DNA of 64,000 nt from Felis catus. Taxonomy: Eukaryota. Where the stretch lies: NCBI RefSeq assembly GCF_018350175.1, contig NC_058368.1, forward strand, positions 212,538,001 through 212,602,000, written 5' to 3'. How positions within the stretch are numbered: the stretch's first letter is position 1; each line of letters opens with the position of its first letter. The notes under the pieces were generated by a model. That model worked only from the letters and a program-made list of their open reading frames with translations. It was not told the DNA's origin and did not search any database. Positions 37,941-51,992 of the stretch are shown here, piece by piece. The translations under genes were made by a program, and so were the position numbers.

Positions 37941-39324
37941 ATGCAGACACCAGATTAAATCATGCATTCTTTCCTTTCTCCCCTTCTTACTAGTTCTGTA
38001 TTCTAGTGAAGATACTCTATCCTTTCTAGCAGAGCATTCCAAGTCTTTCCTAGAATAGTTATGATCTAGAGTTTTAAGTTTAAACATTCTGTATATCCCT
38101 TTAAAGATTTTATACTCTATCCCATATGAGGATGCCCATCTAATGCTATGCTCTCCTGCTTATTTTTGTTCCTTCAGTGTTTTCTTTTGAAATCCTCCCA
38201 GATTAATCACAAATGTCTTTTTCATACAGGCAGTGCAGTTTTAAGAAAAGGAAGATGCTGTGATAATAAAGACTGGTTCAAATTCCAATCTACCACTTGT
38301 TAGCTTTTGGGAAAATTACATAAACCTCTCTCAGTTTCAGTGTCTCAACATGGAAAATTGAGAGGATGTCATTTTCTTAACTTTTCTGTAGGCCAAATGG
38401 AAATAATACTGAGAGTTTTAATTCTTTTCCCTCCTTTCCGTTTCTTCGAATTTATTTGATACTTTCTCTGTGATTCTACAAAGGGAGACTTCTAAAGGTT
38501 TGTTTCAGATAAGGAATTAAAGGAAGTTTGTGGATCCTGCCCAAATGTAGGTCTGAATTTATGAATGAAAACTAGAACTCCCGTAAACCAACCAGTCATT
38601 AAATAGAAAAACTACTGGCTTTTAACATTTCTTATAGCATTTTATGTATGCCCTTATGCTACTGTAAGCACACAGAACAGTTACTTAATTGATGAGCTTG
38701 AGTGAGTGAGAGAATGAAAATTGAATGACATATTGATGAATAGATTCAGGATAGAAACTTTTATCTGTGTAGTTTCTGGGTCAAATAGAAAAGCAGACTG
38801 CTCATTATTTTACATTAGAGCTCTTGCAGTATATAGAAACAATTTTCTTAGGTATTTCAACACCTTTCACAGAGTTAACTATTGAGTATAGATGTCAATA
38901 AAAGAAGTGGTTACATTTTTAAACAAGTTAGATTTCATCAATATTTCATCAGTATTTTCATAGCAATGTAAGGTTATTTAATTTTATTGGTGGGGAGTCT
39001 AAATTAACACAAAGTGATAAAATTTTTGTTCATGAAATACTTGCACTCTGACAAAGAACTGTGAAAACAGATGAACTCTGAAGTCTCAGTGGCTAAACAC
39101 AATAGAATTCTATTTCTCACTCAAGTTACATATCTAATACTGGTCAGCAGAGCAGCTCTGATCCACATAGTCACTCAGAGTCTGATGACACACTCTAGCA
39201 TCTCAGTACAGGACCTCCATATTTTTACATTAGATGTGAGAGAACAGAGAACCCATGCCCTCTCTTGTTTGCTCTTAGAAGCGTTAAAGACCATTTCTAC
39301 TCTATAGTCCCTTGGACAGAATAT

Positions 39325-39776
39325 TGTTGGTACACAGTTCTCTTTGGGTATCTTATGTTTCTGCACATCTTGCAAACAGAATTGACTTCTTTTGTTCTGG
39401 ACTATCTCTCCAAAGATATTTGTACAGTGAATAGCTTTAGAAAGATACGTTTCTCACTCTGGAGTGAGGCGCAGACATGCTTATATCCCAGTATAAAAAC
39501 TTTGGGTTTCCTAAATTCAGGGTTTCCCTCCTTGTAATACAACCTATGGGCATCCATCAGGGACCATTTGTAGTGCCCTTATGGGACTTGAGGTAAGGGA
39601 AATTAATGCAAAAAAAAAAAAATGCTGGTACTCTGGCTCTTGCTATTGCTGCAGTAATCTTCACTTCTTCTCTGCTCTGGAGTCTTGTTTTCTTCCACCA
39701 GCATCTGTAAGACTGGTGATTGAACTTACTACCTTGTAGGTAGGGTAAAATTTCAGACCCATCTTGATTCCTGACA
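39325..39776 (+). mobile_element. ERVL-class solo LTR (family uncertain)
   Basis: TG...CA termini (tgttggtacacagttctc ... ttcctgaca), TATA-like tataaaa at ~39493, 5-bp TSD aatat/aatgt. Confidence 0.78.
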
Positions 39777-39829
39777 AATGTATATAATAAACATATCTTA
39801 TACACAACTGCAAATGGTTAATAACTCCA

Positions 39830-40420
39830 AAGATTCATTATTTAACAGATGTATGTACCTAGTATAGTGAGATATGATACCAGGTATTAGAGAGTGTGAA
39901 GATAAAAAGATTGCCTTTGTACTTGGGTTTCTTATTGTCTATTTGGAAGACATATATGGAAACAACTATTACAATACAGTATCAGAACCATTGTAATAGA
40001 GTGATGTGCAAAATAAAGTGAGATTTTAAGAGTTAAGAGTGTCTCAGTCCCCTGGGAGGAGGCTTTACATTGAGGAGACAGTATTTTAACTGAAGTGTGA
40101 GATGTATACAAGTTCACCAGATAGTCAAGGAAAAGGATAAGACTTCTAGACTGAGGGAAAATTATGACAAAAATCCCTGAGGTATGTCCTGTTTGGGGAA
40201 CTGCAAGTTGTTCAGCATGGATGAAGTTTTAAGTGCAAGGAAACAGAGGAGGAATATGAAAAGTGTGGCTTGAGAGGTAAGCAGACTGGACTGTGAAGGT
40301 TTTTATATGCCACACAGAAGACTTTGGTCATGGTCCTTTAGGCCATGCAGAACTATTTAGTTGCACTTTAAAAATAATAATAAAAGGAATTTGTGGTAAT
40401 AAGACTTTCAAGAGGATTTT
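39830..40420 (-). mobile_element. L2 remnant
   Basis: Degenerate L2 motifs (aagattgcctttgtactt, tgagaggtaagcaga, ctttggtcatggtcctttaggccatg). Confidence 0.55.
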
Positions 40421-40991
40421 AAGGAGCAAATCTTATTCTTTCTAGAATAATAATTTACTAAATTACTATGCTCACCTTCCTTTGCATATAAGGTCATTCT
40501 TTTATTGATGTTCTGAATTACTTTCTACTTGCAATTAAATAACTTTTCTGTAATATTGCATATTGCCTTAAAGTGGACATTTAAACCTGTTTTGAAATAG
40601 CAACTACATAGCCAAGCTATGACACAGCTGTATCCTCAGAAGTGAGTTATATTCATTATATCCTAATGCTAGTGAGAAAAGGGTTGTGACATTTTATTAA
40701 ATAAAATTATATTAACTCCTTTTTCAAAGGAGGCACAGTCTTTACTAATTCTATGATTGTTTTTTCTCTTTTAGAAGGCTGATCTTTTAATTTAATTTTT
40801 ATATACTATTGTGATAAAATGTATTTGGATTTCTTCTAATAATATTTCTGAAAAGACTTAAGATGAAATATAGTTGGCATTCATCTGTATATGTTAAATA
40901 GGTTAAATTCAACTTGGTGTTTCAAAAAATAATGTTTACGTTTTCCTTCAAGATATACTGGGGACTTTTCTCTTGAAGAATAGAGTTTTAT

Positions 40992-41215
40992 GGGGTGCGT
41001 GGGTGGCTCAGTTGGTTAAGCATTTGACTCTTGATTTTGGCTCAGGTCGTGATCTCACAGTTCATGGGATCTAGCCCCGCATTGGATTCTGCACTGAGAG
41101 TGTGGAGCCTGCTTGGAATTACCTCTCTCTTTCCCTCTCTCTCTGCCACTCTTTTGTTCTCTCTCTCTCTCTCTCTCTCTTTCAAAATAAATAAATAAAT
41201 AAACTTAAAAAAAAA
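40992..41215 (+). mobile_element. CAN-SINE (older, short type)
   Basis: ggggtgcgtgggtggctcagttggttaagc head, CT tract, (AAAT)n tail. Approximate TSD aaga..agagtttt. Confidence 0.93.
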
Positions 41216-41641
41216 AAGAGGAGAGTTTTCCTTGTAGTAAAGTCAAACAGGTGCTGGAAACCCAGGGCATGCATATATTCCTGGTATTTGTTCAGGCACT
41301 TGCCAAGTCCATTCAAGACTGACATACTGTCCTTTGCTGTTATTAGAATTTACAAATGTAAGGTAGATACCATTCTACATAGCTGCTGACCTTTCGGCTC
41401 TTTTTGTTACTCTGGGAAAAAAGAAGTAAAGGAAAAAAATCTATGAGAAGGCAGGACAAGGTATATCTTACAAAATTAGACTGGAGAGCCATGTGGGAGT
41501 CATAGAGGTGATGTCATAATATAGTAATCTCTTATTATAGTGTGAAATACTCTATTGACTCTCAAATGATGATTCATCCTGGAGCTTTACTTACATCCCA
41601 TTAGAAGACTGTCTACCTGTTATGATTTTAAGAACACTACA

Positions 41642-41861
41642 TGGGCGCCTGGGTGGCTCAGTTGGTTAAGCGTCAGACTTTGGCTCAGGTCATGATCTCA
41701 CAGTTTGTGAGTTCAAGCCCCGTGTCAGGCTCTGTGCTGGCAGCTCAGAGCCTGGAGCCTGCTTCGGATTCTGTGTCTCCCTCTCTCTCTGCCCCTCCCC
41801 CACCCATGTGCTGTCTCTCTCTGTCTCAAAAATAAATAAAACATTAAAAAAAATTTTTTTA
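41642..41861 (+). mobile_element. CAN-SINE
   Basis: gggcgcctgggtggctcagttggttaagcg head; TSD aagaacactaca / aagaatgctaca. Confidence 0.95.
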
Positions 41862-41970
41862 AAGAATGCTACAAAGGACTTCCTGCCCAGCGATATAGTT
41901 TCCTAACTATTCATTGCTATATATTGGTAAACAAATCATTCCACAATTAGTGATGAAGTTTAAGGTACAG

Positions 41971-42061
41971 ATATCCCTAGGTGAGGCATTTCATACCTAA
42001 TATGTACCTAGGTAAGGCATTTGGTACTTAATATGTCCCTAGGTGAGGCACTGTATACTTA
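41971..42061. repeat. Minisatellite, 3 x 31 bp
   Basis: cctaggt[g/a]aggca core at 41976, 42007 and 42038 (period 31). Confidence 0.9.
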
Positions 42062-42199
42062 CATTGTACTATAAATGCATTGTAAATGCAAATTTTGTTC
42101 ATTATGGTAAGGATAAGTTACTTGGGTATCAGTTATATGAAGAGGGAGGGGATTTGGAAGATGCAATAAAGGGAAGGTGGAGATTCCAAAGACAAAATG

Positions 42200-42420
42200 A
42201 TATTAGCTAATATTTTTGAAGTTTTAAGGAAGTTTAAATGAGTTATCTCCTTTAACCCACCTCAACAACACTGTGAGGTAGTTACTATTCTTACCCCCAC
42301 TTTAAAAATGTGGCAACTGAAGTACAGGGAAATCAAGTAACTTTTCCAAGGTTACATAATTGGTAAGTTGTTGACATTCTAGTCCAGACTGACACAAGTG
42401 CCTGCACTCTTAACCACCAT
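42200..42420 (-). mobile_element. MIR
   Basis: ctcaacaacactgtgaggtagttactattcttacccccactttaaaaatgtggcaactgaagtacagggaaatcaagtaactt is the MIR core in reverse. Confidence 0.8.
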
Positions 42421-43059
42421 CTTGTACTTCATTTATGTCACAATTTTGTGCATGTACCCTGTGATTGAGAGCTCCCTGCATGGCACAGAGTGGTTAGCCC
42501 AGCAAGCTACAGTCAATTTACCAAAGGAGTGGTTGGGTTTGTATAATAAACATATAAAATAATGTGAGATGATAGAGAAATTCCTTTGTCCCTTCACCAG
42601 CTTTCTAAGTTCTTCCTTCATTACTGTAAATAAAAAAAGATTCAGTAAATGTTTGAGTAAATAAATAACTTAAGAATCAAGGTTGTAGTTTGTGTTATAA
42701 GATATTGCCAACATACTTATTAAATTTCTAATTTCCTAGAGAAGAGCAGTACCTTAAGCTAGTATTCATATATTTCTCATTGAAAGAAGTAAGGGAAGCT
42801 TGATGGAAAAGGCTTTGCATATATGAAAAGAAAGCACTCTGGAGTAGAGGAGATATTCCTCTATTCATTTTTATCTCTTTTTTCATTTTATGTGGGCCAA
42901 AAGCAAACTGGGTTATTACAGTGAGTTTTCCATTCTTCTATTCTTAAATTTTCCCTTTCTGTGCCAAGAAGATTCTTTTTCTCTAACCTAGGAACAGACC
43001 TACCTTCTACTTTGCCCCTTTTCAAGCTAAAAAGTGAGGGGAAAAGTGCTGATATGTCA

Positions 43060-43720
43060 AGATGTTTAAGAAGCCAAGCTTTAAAGTCAAACTTGATTTG
43101 GAATCCCGAGTCAACCATTTGCATAACCTTGGGCAAGTTATTAATGATTTGGAAACTTAATTTCCTCTTCTATAAAATAGGTGTATCAAATGTGAGTAGT
43201 CACAGCTTTATGTAACAAAACTTACAACTGTCAATGGGTTCATTTTCCCCACTCATCAATAAGCAGCTGCTGATTTGGGTGCACAAGCTTGAGGATGTCA
43301 GGGCCAGCTTCTCGGCCATTCTCTAGGCTGCTCCCCAATTCTTTCACCTCAAGGCAATAAATTGCTGCAATTCGAAGCATTTCATTGTGTTCAAAGCAGG
43401 AAGAAGATAGGAGTGGTAGTAATAGTATTGCTGTCTTTCTTTTTATGTTATCAGAAAAGCAAAATTACCTCTAGGAACCCAAATTTCTACTGCCAGAACT
43501 GTGTCAGGTGGTCACTTCTACCTAAGGAATTTGAGAAAACAAGTATTTAACCCTCCCAATGGGATTCAAAAGTTGATGAGTGAGTCAAACATTTATGTTA
43601 CAAAGGACAATAATAGAGTATACCTGATTGGTTAAATATTAAATTAGATGTTATATAAAGTGCTAATTCTATGCCTATTGCATAGAAGGTACTAAATAAC
43701 AGACATCTTTAGTTATCATT
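43060..43720 (+). mobile_element. MIR split by an old LTR-like fragment (~43190-43590)
   Basis: MIR 5' part (aaccttgggcaagttattaat...tttcctcttctataaaatagg) and 3' part (taaattagatgttatataaagtgct...gcatagaaggtactaaataa) are separated by ~400 bp. Confidence 0.55.
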
Positions 43721-46690
43721 GTCATTTCTTATATTATTTTTTTACCATTACCAGGAAAGATAACACAAACCCTCCATAGACTCTCCTCTAGATAAAATCC
43801 AAAGTCACAGATTCTGCTATGTCACAGGCTTTTTCATTTTCTGTCCAGGCTCATCTCTGGCAGCTGTTTCACACTTGGTACAGTAATACTAACTGCTTTA
43901 GTAAAAACTAACTGCTTGGAATTCTTTCCCATACAGACCATTCTGGTTCCTCTGCTCATTTGTGTCCCAATTCCTTTCCATTCTTATTGGCTTATTTTGC
44001 ACTGACTCATCCTTTAAAACTTGTATAGGTTTTACCTCTCTGATGACTCCCAGCCCCACCCAAAGCGAGATGAGTGCCCCTCTTCAATACTTTCTAGTAC
44101 ACTGATTGTATCACTATCACAGACTTTACAAGAGAATAGGAATTTTCTTTTGATGGCCTCTTGTGTCCTTAGTACATGATTCTTAAACTCAAATAAGTTC
44201 TATTGAATTTTGCTTAATCTTCATTGCCTTCTGCCCAAAACTCTTTATAAACATCTCTCTCATCTCTCCCCTTCCCCCCTCTCTCAAGGGTAATGATCAC
44301 CTTTTCAAAAAATAATAACTGGATCATGATTTATTTCTTGGTGCTTTAGAAAATAAACATTTACTTGGCTAGCCTGAGCTCCTGTTGATTCTGACTGCCA
44401 GTAGCAAGGAGTTAAAAATGGAACTACCTAAACTAGCTAGAGAGAGAATCTCTGTTTTTTGAGCTTTCTGATAGTTCAATTGCCATGGAAACAGCCTTTC
44501 CCCTGTGTTAGTTCATTAGGATTTCTTTTTTCCTTAAGTAATTTGGAGGACGGCCATGTTCTACAGTAGACTACTTCGTGGGAAAGATCATACTTGACAT
44601 CCCTTTCCTTATGCTAAACTCTGCAGCAAACAGAAAAACAGCATTCCTTCAACATACTACACTCCATTTTAAGGCTGAATTATTACATCAGGTAATTCAT
44701 TTGATTAAAAATTAATTCGTGCTGGAGTGTGTATATGAAGTAAGAGCAGGAATAAATTTCTAAATCAAAATCATTCTAATAGCTTTTATTAATCTATGTA
44801 GTTAGGCTACAGTCTTACTTTATATTTATATCAGATACAAGTACCACATCCTCTTACAGAGAGAGAATCAGCCTTCCATGATACTGTCCAGGGAAGGAAT
44901 TCTCTGTCCCTTGAGAATCTCTGAGATGAAATACAGTTAAGGTAAAGCTTTTTGTAGATGACTGAAGCTATGTTTTCAACTAGTTTGGGGGGACTTTTTC
45001 TCCTGAAATAGGAAGAGTCACAGGACTGTGTTAAAAGTTTTCACCTGATTTTGATCAGAGCAGAATGGCCATAATGGATTCATTTAAATTACAAACTTTG
45101 TTTCTATGGAGAAAGCTCTAGAATACTATGGTATATGCCTGAGTTTGCTAACAAAGGAATTAGAAAAATTAATCCCTCTCATTTTGTGAGACAGAGATCA
45201 GTAATAACTTGATTACAGCTGATTTAAAATGTGACTATTGGACTTTGAAGTTCCGCCTGCCATAGACAAACCTGCAGATTTGGCAAAGTGGGCCTCCGCT
45301 TCTGTAATTTCCATAGATTGAATAATTAGGACCTAATCATTTCTTTCTCTGTTAAAACTTATTTTTAGGAAATTATCTGAAACTTCATAATTTGAAGTCC
45401 AGATTATTGCTTATAGCTAGAGCATTGTCACTTGAAAAGAAATCAACATTTTTAGTTTAAACTGAAGTAAAATTTAGGGAGGAGAGAAGCAGCTATACTC
45501 TCCCTTAGCTATAGGTGATAATCATGCCTCTAAATTTGTGATGTTTAGAAATAGAAATAGACATGATTTATTATTAATTAATTAATTAATTAATTATTTT
45601 TAAACATTTATTATTCTAAATTCACGTCACTCCAAAGGAAGTTTGGATTCTCATAGAAATGTGATAGCTTTTCTGGTCAATAACCCTTCTGTAAACAACA
45701 GATGGATTATTAAGAAAAAGGAGCTTATGGGGTTGATTAGAACAACTTTGACCACATATTTTGACAAATGAACCTATGGAGACATATTATAATGAGTGGT
45801 TTAGAAAGAATCTTCAGAGCTGAAATTCAACACCGGATGTAAAAACAGTCCATTTATCAAAGACTAAGTTTATCAATTACTAAATTCTATAACAATTGCT
45901 AAAACATTGATTTTTTTCCAGCTTTGAGACATAATTGACATATTACATACAAAACATTAATTTAACTTTTCAAAACAAGTGTCATTCATTCAGCATTCAA
46001 ACAAAAAAAATAACCTTTGCTTTTACACTTACTATGGTCCAGGTACTCTGCTAAATGTTAGGAAATAAATATGAATGCCTTACAGAGCCCATAGTCTAAG
46101 AGAGGAAACAGAAAAGGAAATAGTTGCAATAAAATGCAGTGAGAGTCTTGCCCAGAAGACTAAAGGCCAAAGTTCATTTTACACAAAAGAATCAGTCCAG
46201 GAAGAGATTCTTCTTTGTAATGTATCTTATCTACAGAAAATAGTCAATAAATGTTTTTATAGATGCTTATGATATTAGAACTAAGCACTAGTTTAAATCT
46301 GTTATTCTTTTTTTTGTTCTTTCTTACATTTCCAGGCTTAAAATAAAAATCGTTTTGAGGGATATGAAATACATATATAAGTGCTTTATAATTTGTAAAC
46401 CATGATGCAAGTAAATGGCATAATTACAAACATTATTTGTCATATCTTTGAATGCAACCGTGCTAGACTGATTTTGGAGACTTGCCTACAATGATCGCTT
46501 TTTCTGGAGATATACAACAGGGACCAAAACTATTAGACACAATCAGGCAAGAGAAAGTATTTATGTAATAAATATAAATACATTTCTGGGAATCCCCTGC
46601 TTTTTGAACTGTTTTTTTTTTTTTTTCTGAGATAGCCAGTATGCTTGTTTTTCCATAGCAAGGAGACTACTTCACCTCATCAATACCCAG

Positions 46691-46790
46691 CTTCTGTCTC
46701 TCCCTGTCTATTTCCCTCCCCCACCTGTGCACACTCTCCCCACCAAAATACATAAACTTTAAAAAAAAAAAATAAATAAGTAAATAAATT
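46691..46790 (+). mobile_element. 3' fragment of an old CAN-SINE
   Basis: ttctgtctctccctgtctatttccctccccc...aaaatacataaactttaaaaaaaa tail. Confidence 0.65.
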
Positions 46791-47287
46791 TATTGTCTCT
46801 AAATCAAAAACTTCATAGTCAGTCTTTAGATTCAGATCTTTGTAGTTGCAGAATACCCTGCTGATAATTTTTTCTGTGAACATTATCTAATATTAATTTC
46901 CCTTTTCCAAGAGTAGCACCACCTCAATCCCTCCTGACTTTATCATTTATGGACTTTAAACTTCATTGTGCACTTCTTGTTGAGTTCAGCTGCCTCATCT
47001 TACCCTTTGCATAGGGTAGCCACCCGAAATAAGTAACATTATTTTTGCTTTGAGAATATGTTAAAAAAGTGTTTGTCTCAAGACTGTTAGCTAGGTAGTC
47101 ACTTCTATATCTAGTTATATAGCAGCCTTCTTAACCATTTAAGTGAATAGAATAAAAAAGCAGCCTCCTTTTATAAAGTGATCTGAATGATGTGATTACT
47201 GACAATAAATATAAAAGGAATGAGGTAGGTTGGAATAACTGTGGAAAGCTTCACAAGGGAGAACAAGTTTGAGAGACACTTTGGAGT

Positions 47288-47750
47288 ATGTTGTGTTCTT
47301 CATTCACAACTCTTCCTTCTTTCCTCCCTTCCCGTAGCCATGATCCTGCCCTCCTTTATGACAGGATTATACGTACATGTCCCATTGATGTTGGGCTTAG
47401 TTATGTTAATTGCTTTCACTCTGAAATGTAGGCAGAAATGGTTGATTTAGTGCTAGTTCTGAACTAGGCCTAAAGAGAAATCGTGTGTTTCTTCTTCCTC
47501 TTTTGTGTCTCTGCCAGTGCCATGAGAAGAGCATGTCCCAGTTCACTGAAGGCTATAGAGTGAGTCATCTAGGACAGACTTGAACCTCTGGCAACTTGAA
47601 GCCAAACCCACCTGAGCCCAGCAGAGATCAGCCAAACCCAACTGACCTATAGACTTGTGAGAAAAAAAAATAAGTATTTGTTGTTATAAGCCACTGAATT
47701 TGAGGGCTGTTACTTGATATTATGGCAGCACCACCTGACTAATGCTAACA
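47288..47750 (+). mobile_element. Old MaLR LTR (MLT1H/I-like)
   Basis: cccattgatgttgggcttagttatg, gccatgagaagagcatgtccca, ttgttgttataagccactgaattttgaggg, ctgactaat. Confidence 0.72.
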
Positions 47751-48689
47751 TATTGTAAGAAATGGTTAGGTCATGAACTAGTAGCCTCTTCCTTTCTGTT
47801 TCCACTGTTACTTCCTCCATTCAAGCTTTTATCCTGCCTCTTTGGATTGTTTTAAAAGCTTCCTATTTTTTCCCACCTACATTAGTTAGGGTAGCCCAAT
47901 AGCTATTAGAAGTTGATCTAAAATGTATAGTGTTTCAAACACAATACAGGTTTACTTCTTGCTCACATTTGTACACTATTATCATAGGTACATGGTTTCC
48001 TCCTTCCACACAGTCTTTCAGGGGCCCAGACTGATGGAGGCTTGTCTGTTTTGTGTTGTTTTGTTTCACATTTATCTTACAAGATACATGCAAGAAAGCC
48101 AAGAAAATGTAGCTTTAACTGTGGGGACAAGAAAAAAAAAATATTAACATTCATTATTATGAGCAATTTATTATCTCTGCTATGTCATCACTTATTTAAC
48201 ATGCTTTAATCTAGAGTTATTAGTCCTAAAAATTCAATGTGATATTAATTATCTGCTTAAAATCTATGGTCTTAGTTGCCTGCGGTTTCAGCATCAAATT
48301 TAGCATGTTATTTCCATATAAACAGTTTCTGTTTTCATCTAGTACTAACACTGAAGAACACATGAAGCTGGCATCTGTTTGACTAATTCAGTACATAGTC
48401 CTGTCATACCAAAACATTAACAAGCAATCTAGAAGTTACCTACAGTTTCACGGGAGAGGTAGAGGTCATTCACTGAATGGCAAACAACTCGATAAATACC
48501 CATCACAGTTTTCATTCTCTTCTAGTCTTTTGTCAGCTGTGTGACCATTTATGGGCTTTTTTATTTTTTAATCCCTCCCAGCATGAAGGACCTATAGCTT
48601 CCCAGTTCTTCTGTTCTATGCCTATAAGTCTCTTTATCCATTCCCTTTCTTATTTATTTATACTAAACTAAATATACCAAACATGCATG

Positions 48690-49260
48690 GTCATACACCC
48701 ATTCAAGAAAATAATAAAGGCTTTTCAGTTGCTGTTTCCACCATCCTCAGAAAGCAGTGAGGGATCACAAATTATATTTTCCCATGATACAAGCACGACC
48801 TCTGTGTTTGGCTCATTTCCCCTTTTAAAAATTTTATCTCCATCTTTCCCCCTTTATGCCTCCTATATTCCAGTCATGCTGACCACCTCACCATGTCTTG
48901 AACACATTTTGGTTGCTTCCTATTTCTGGAGCCTTTATAGAGAGCACATTTTCTTCCCAGAAGCCTTTTTCTTCTACTCTGCATGTCAAGATCCCATAAA
49001 TATGTTAAGGGCTACTTCAAGTATCTCCTTCACTGGGGAGTCTTCCCTACCTTTATTCCACTGCCCAACCTTCATAGAATTCGTTGTTTTTCTGTGCTCT
49101 TGTAAATTCTGTACACGCCTCTGCTGTAGTATGTATTACATTGTTTAATATGTTATGTATCTAGTTCACCAGAATAGAGACCTTGTCATCTTTGAATTCT
49201 TAGCATAGTACCTAACATGTAGCTTGAAACACAGTTTCTCAGTAAATGTTTGTTGATGCA
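48690..49260 (+). mobile_element. L2 3' remnant
   Basis: atctccttcactggggagtcttccct, tagcatagtacctaacatgtag, ctcagtaaatgtttgttga. Confidence 0.65.
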
Positions 49261-50553
49261 AGAAAAACTTGTCCGAGAGCTGGAAACCTGGCCAAGAGAC
49301 AGGAGGCTCTCAGTTCATGACCAAAGGTTTAGTAACTAGTCTGGAACGCAGAGCTCTCCCATGAGGGAAGCCCTTAGAGTAACTTTAATTCTTTGCCCCA
49401 AAGTGCTATCATTGAAGGGAAAAAAATTTGGAGCATTTTAATATGCTAGTTTCCAACAACTTCTTAAATTACACTTTATGTGAAGAGAAAGCTGAAGGGA
49501 CGAGGAGATTGAGAGAAAGGAGAATACTGAGCCAGAAGCTAAGGACATTCCAGAAATGTTACAAGAGTTAAAATGTGTAACTTTCCCCCTCACTTATGGA
49601 TTTACATGCATTTAATATAGCTTGACCTATTGAACCTATCTTGGGTTTCCCTGTGGAGGCTGTCTCTTTCAGGCCAAATTATCTGTCTAATGTAGCAGAT
49701 AAAGAAATAATCATATATCCCTACCAGTTCAATGAACATTTCTGAATTAATAAAATAATCCAGGACCTAAATTTTCTAGTGTAACAGTAACAGACAGCAG
49801 CATGAATCTTTGCACAGAAGAACACTTTGAATGTGTTGTCAGTGTCTCAAGTTCCTTTCTTATCATTTTGGCCTTAATATTGAAGCTGACCAGAAATAGG
49901 TGAGTAAAATAATATCCCCTAAGTCTCTACAGAGCAATTATGATACATCCTCCAGAGAATTAGGCAATAGAGACATAGACAGGATATGAGGAAGCCCTGT
50001 TAGGCTAACTGGAATGGGAGTTAGTCAGAATATTACTTAATGTAGCTTTTGCTGCTGTATACAAATAAATTTCCAAATCTTAATCGTTGAACACAAAAGT
50101 GTATTTTTTCATCATGTTGGGCAGTTCACCTCCAAATAATGATTAAGGGATAATGTTGTCCTGACTTTCTTTCAATGGCTTCTCCCATCCTGTGACTCTG
50201 GAAAATTTAACATAGGATTCCCAAGATTGCCCTGGGGTTGCCTCCATCCAGAAGTGAGAAAGGGAAAAGTTCATAGGGAATCTCGTATGGCGGTTCTTAC
50301 AGGCCAAGTCTGGAAAGGGTGCATATTACTTTTGTGTCCATTCCTTTGGCAAGAAGGTTTACACAAGGCCACGCCTAAGTCCTAGTAAAGCTAGAAATGT
50401 GGTCAAAGACTATCCTTTCAGGAATAATTTTTATAGTGTGTTATGAGAAATGTAGTTGAACTATTGTAAGGAGAAGGAAATAAGTATGGCAGACAATGTA
50501 TAATCCATTGATAAGATAAACATGGTGTAAAAAAAAAAAGAATAAGAAAAACT

Positions 50554-51232
50554 TAGCCAATCCTCATTTATGTGGACTACAGATTTATAAATTTGCCTAC
50601 TTACTGAAATTTGTATGCAACCCCCAAACCAGACTTTCAGTGCTTTCACAGTTATTTGTCGATACGCACACAGCCGCACAATGTTTGAATCACCCAACTG
50701 TGCACATTACTAGCTGAGGTTGCGTAAGGTGATGACCTGCTGTGTCATGTTTCAGCCCTCATATTATAAACAAGTGTGCTTTTCACAGTCTATTTAGTGC
50801 CATATTTTTTTTCATTTTTTTTCTTTTTTTTTTTTGTTAATTTTTTTGGTGATTTCACCTGTTAAAATGGCCCTCAAGCATAGTTCTGAAGTGCTACTTA
50901 GTGTTCTAAGCACAGGAAGGCTATGATGTGCCTTGAGGAGAAAATACATGTATTAGGTAAGCTTTGTTTAGGCACAAATTACAGTGCTGTTGGCTGTGAG
51001 TTCAATGTTAATGAGTCAACAATAAAATAAGTCATCAGCAAGTAAATAAGATATCTTTAGACAGAAACTCACATAAAACAAAATTGCATATAGACTGTTT
51101 GACCTGAGGCTCACAAAACCTAACTTTGTATTTCTTCTAGGGGCAGTGGTTCAGTATTTGTGAATTCAACATTGAATTCATGTTCATGGTGACTTTATAT
51201 AACATAAGTGTCATAAATAACAAGAATCAGCT
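50554..51232 (+). mobile_element. TcMar-Tigger MITE, MER82-like
   Basis: aatttgcctacttactgaaatttgtatgcaaccccca, tgtttcagccctcatattataaacaagtgtgcttttcacagtctatttagtgcc, aaataacaagaatcagct terminus. Confidence 0.8.
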
Positions 51233-51992
51233 CTGTGTGTGTGTGTATTTTTCTTTCCCTCTTATATTTTTTTGGTCAGCCACTGCCTGTTGCCTATCTC
51301 AAAAGGCATTCCCTACTTCGCCCTGATGTCATGGTTTTGTATACTAACAAGACCCTGATTTTGCTCACATATCAGGCAGAGTAACTTGATCATAGCTACA
51401 ATTAGCCCAGTACCGAGTTTTACTTAACACACAGTTCTAGCTGTCAAAATATAAGGAGTCTGTTTTGCACTGCCTTCCATTTTCTCCTACCTCCCATATT
51501 GTATGAGGAAGTGTTCCAACCATTTTGCAACCATGAGATAAAGGCCAAGAGAACTCTCCAGATATTAGCTTAATTGAGCTTCTAGATCAATAACAGCAAC
51601 TGCTTCATATTTGTGCAGAAGGTAAGTCCCTATTCTTAAACTATTATCAGTTTCTTCTTTTCTTACTTACCAGAGTGCTTATGACCAAAAGTATTGCTAC
51701 TTACTCACATAATATTTAATCCATTCAACAAATGCTTGCTAAGTGTTTACCATATGCAAGCACTGTTAAAATCATAGATATTCAATAATGAACAAAACAT
51801 ATAAATTTATACCACATGAATAGGAAAAGATTTTTTAAAAGGATGAATTTATTTCATATGCTTATTGGCTATTTTTATATCTTCACTACAAACATCTGTA
51901 TTCATAATATTTGTCCATTTTAATTGGTTCTTTGTCTTTTTAAATTATTGAGTAAGACATGTTGTATATTCTAAATAGAAAACCCATCCCAA

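Noticed and set aside
41971..42061. Regularly spaced repeats as a CRISPR-like array
   Set aside because: Only three units, the intervening parts are also similar to each other, there are no cas genes, and the context is mammalian; it is a minisatellite.
44835..44941. Candidate coding exon with AG/GT boundaries
   Set aside because: All three frames contain a stop codon; splice-like motifs alone are expected by chance.
48687..49148. 153-aa ORF as a host gene
   Set aside because: Overlaps an L2 remnant; low-complexity Phe/Ser-rich product with no recognisable motif.
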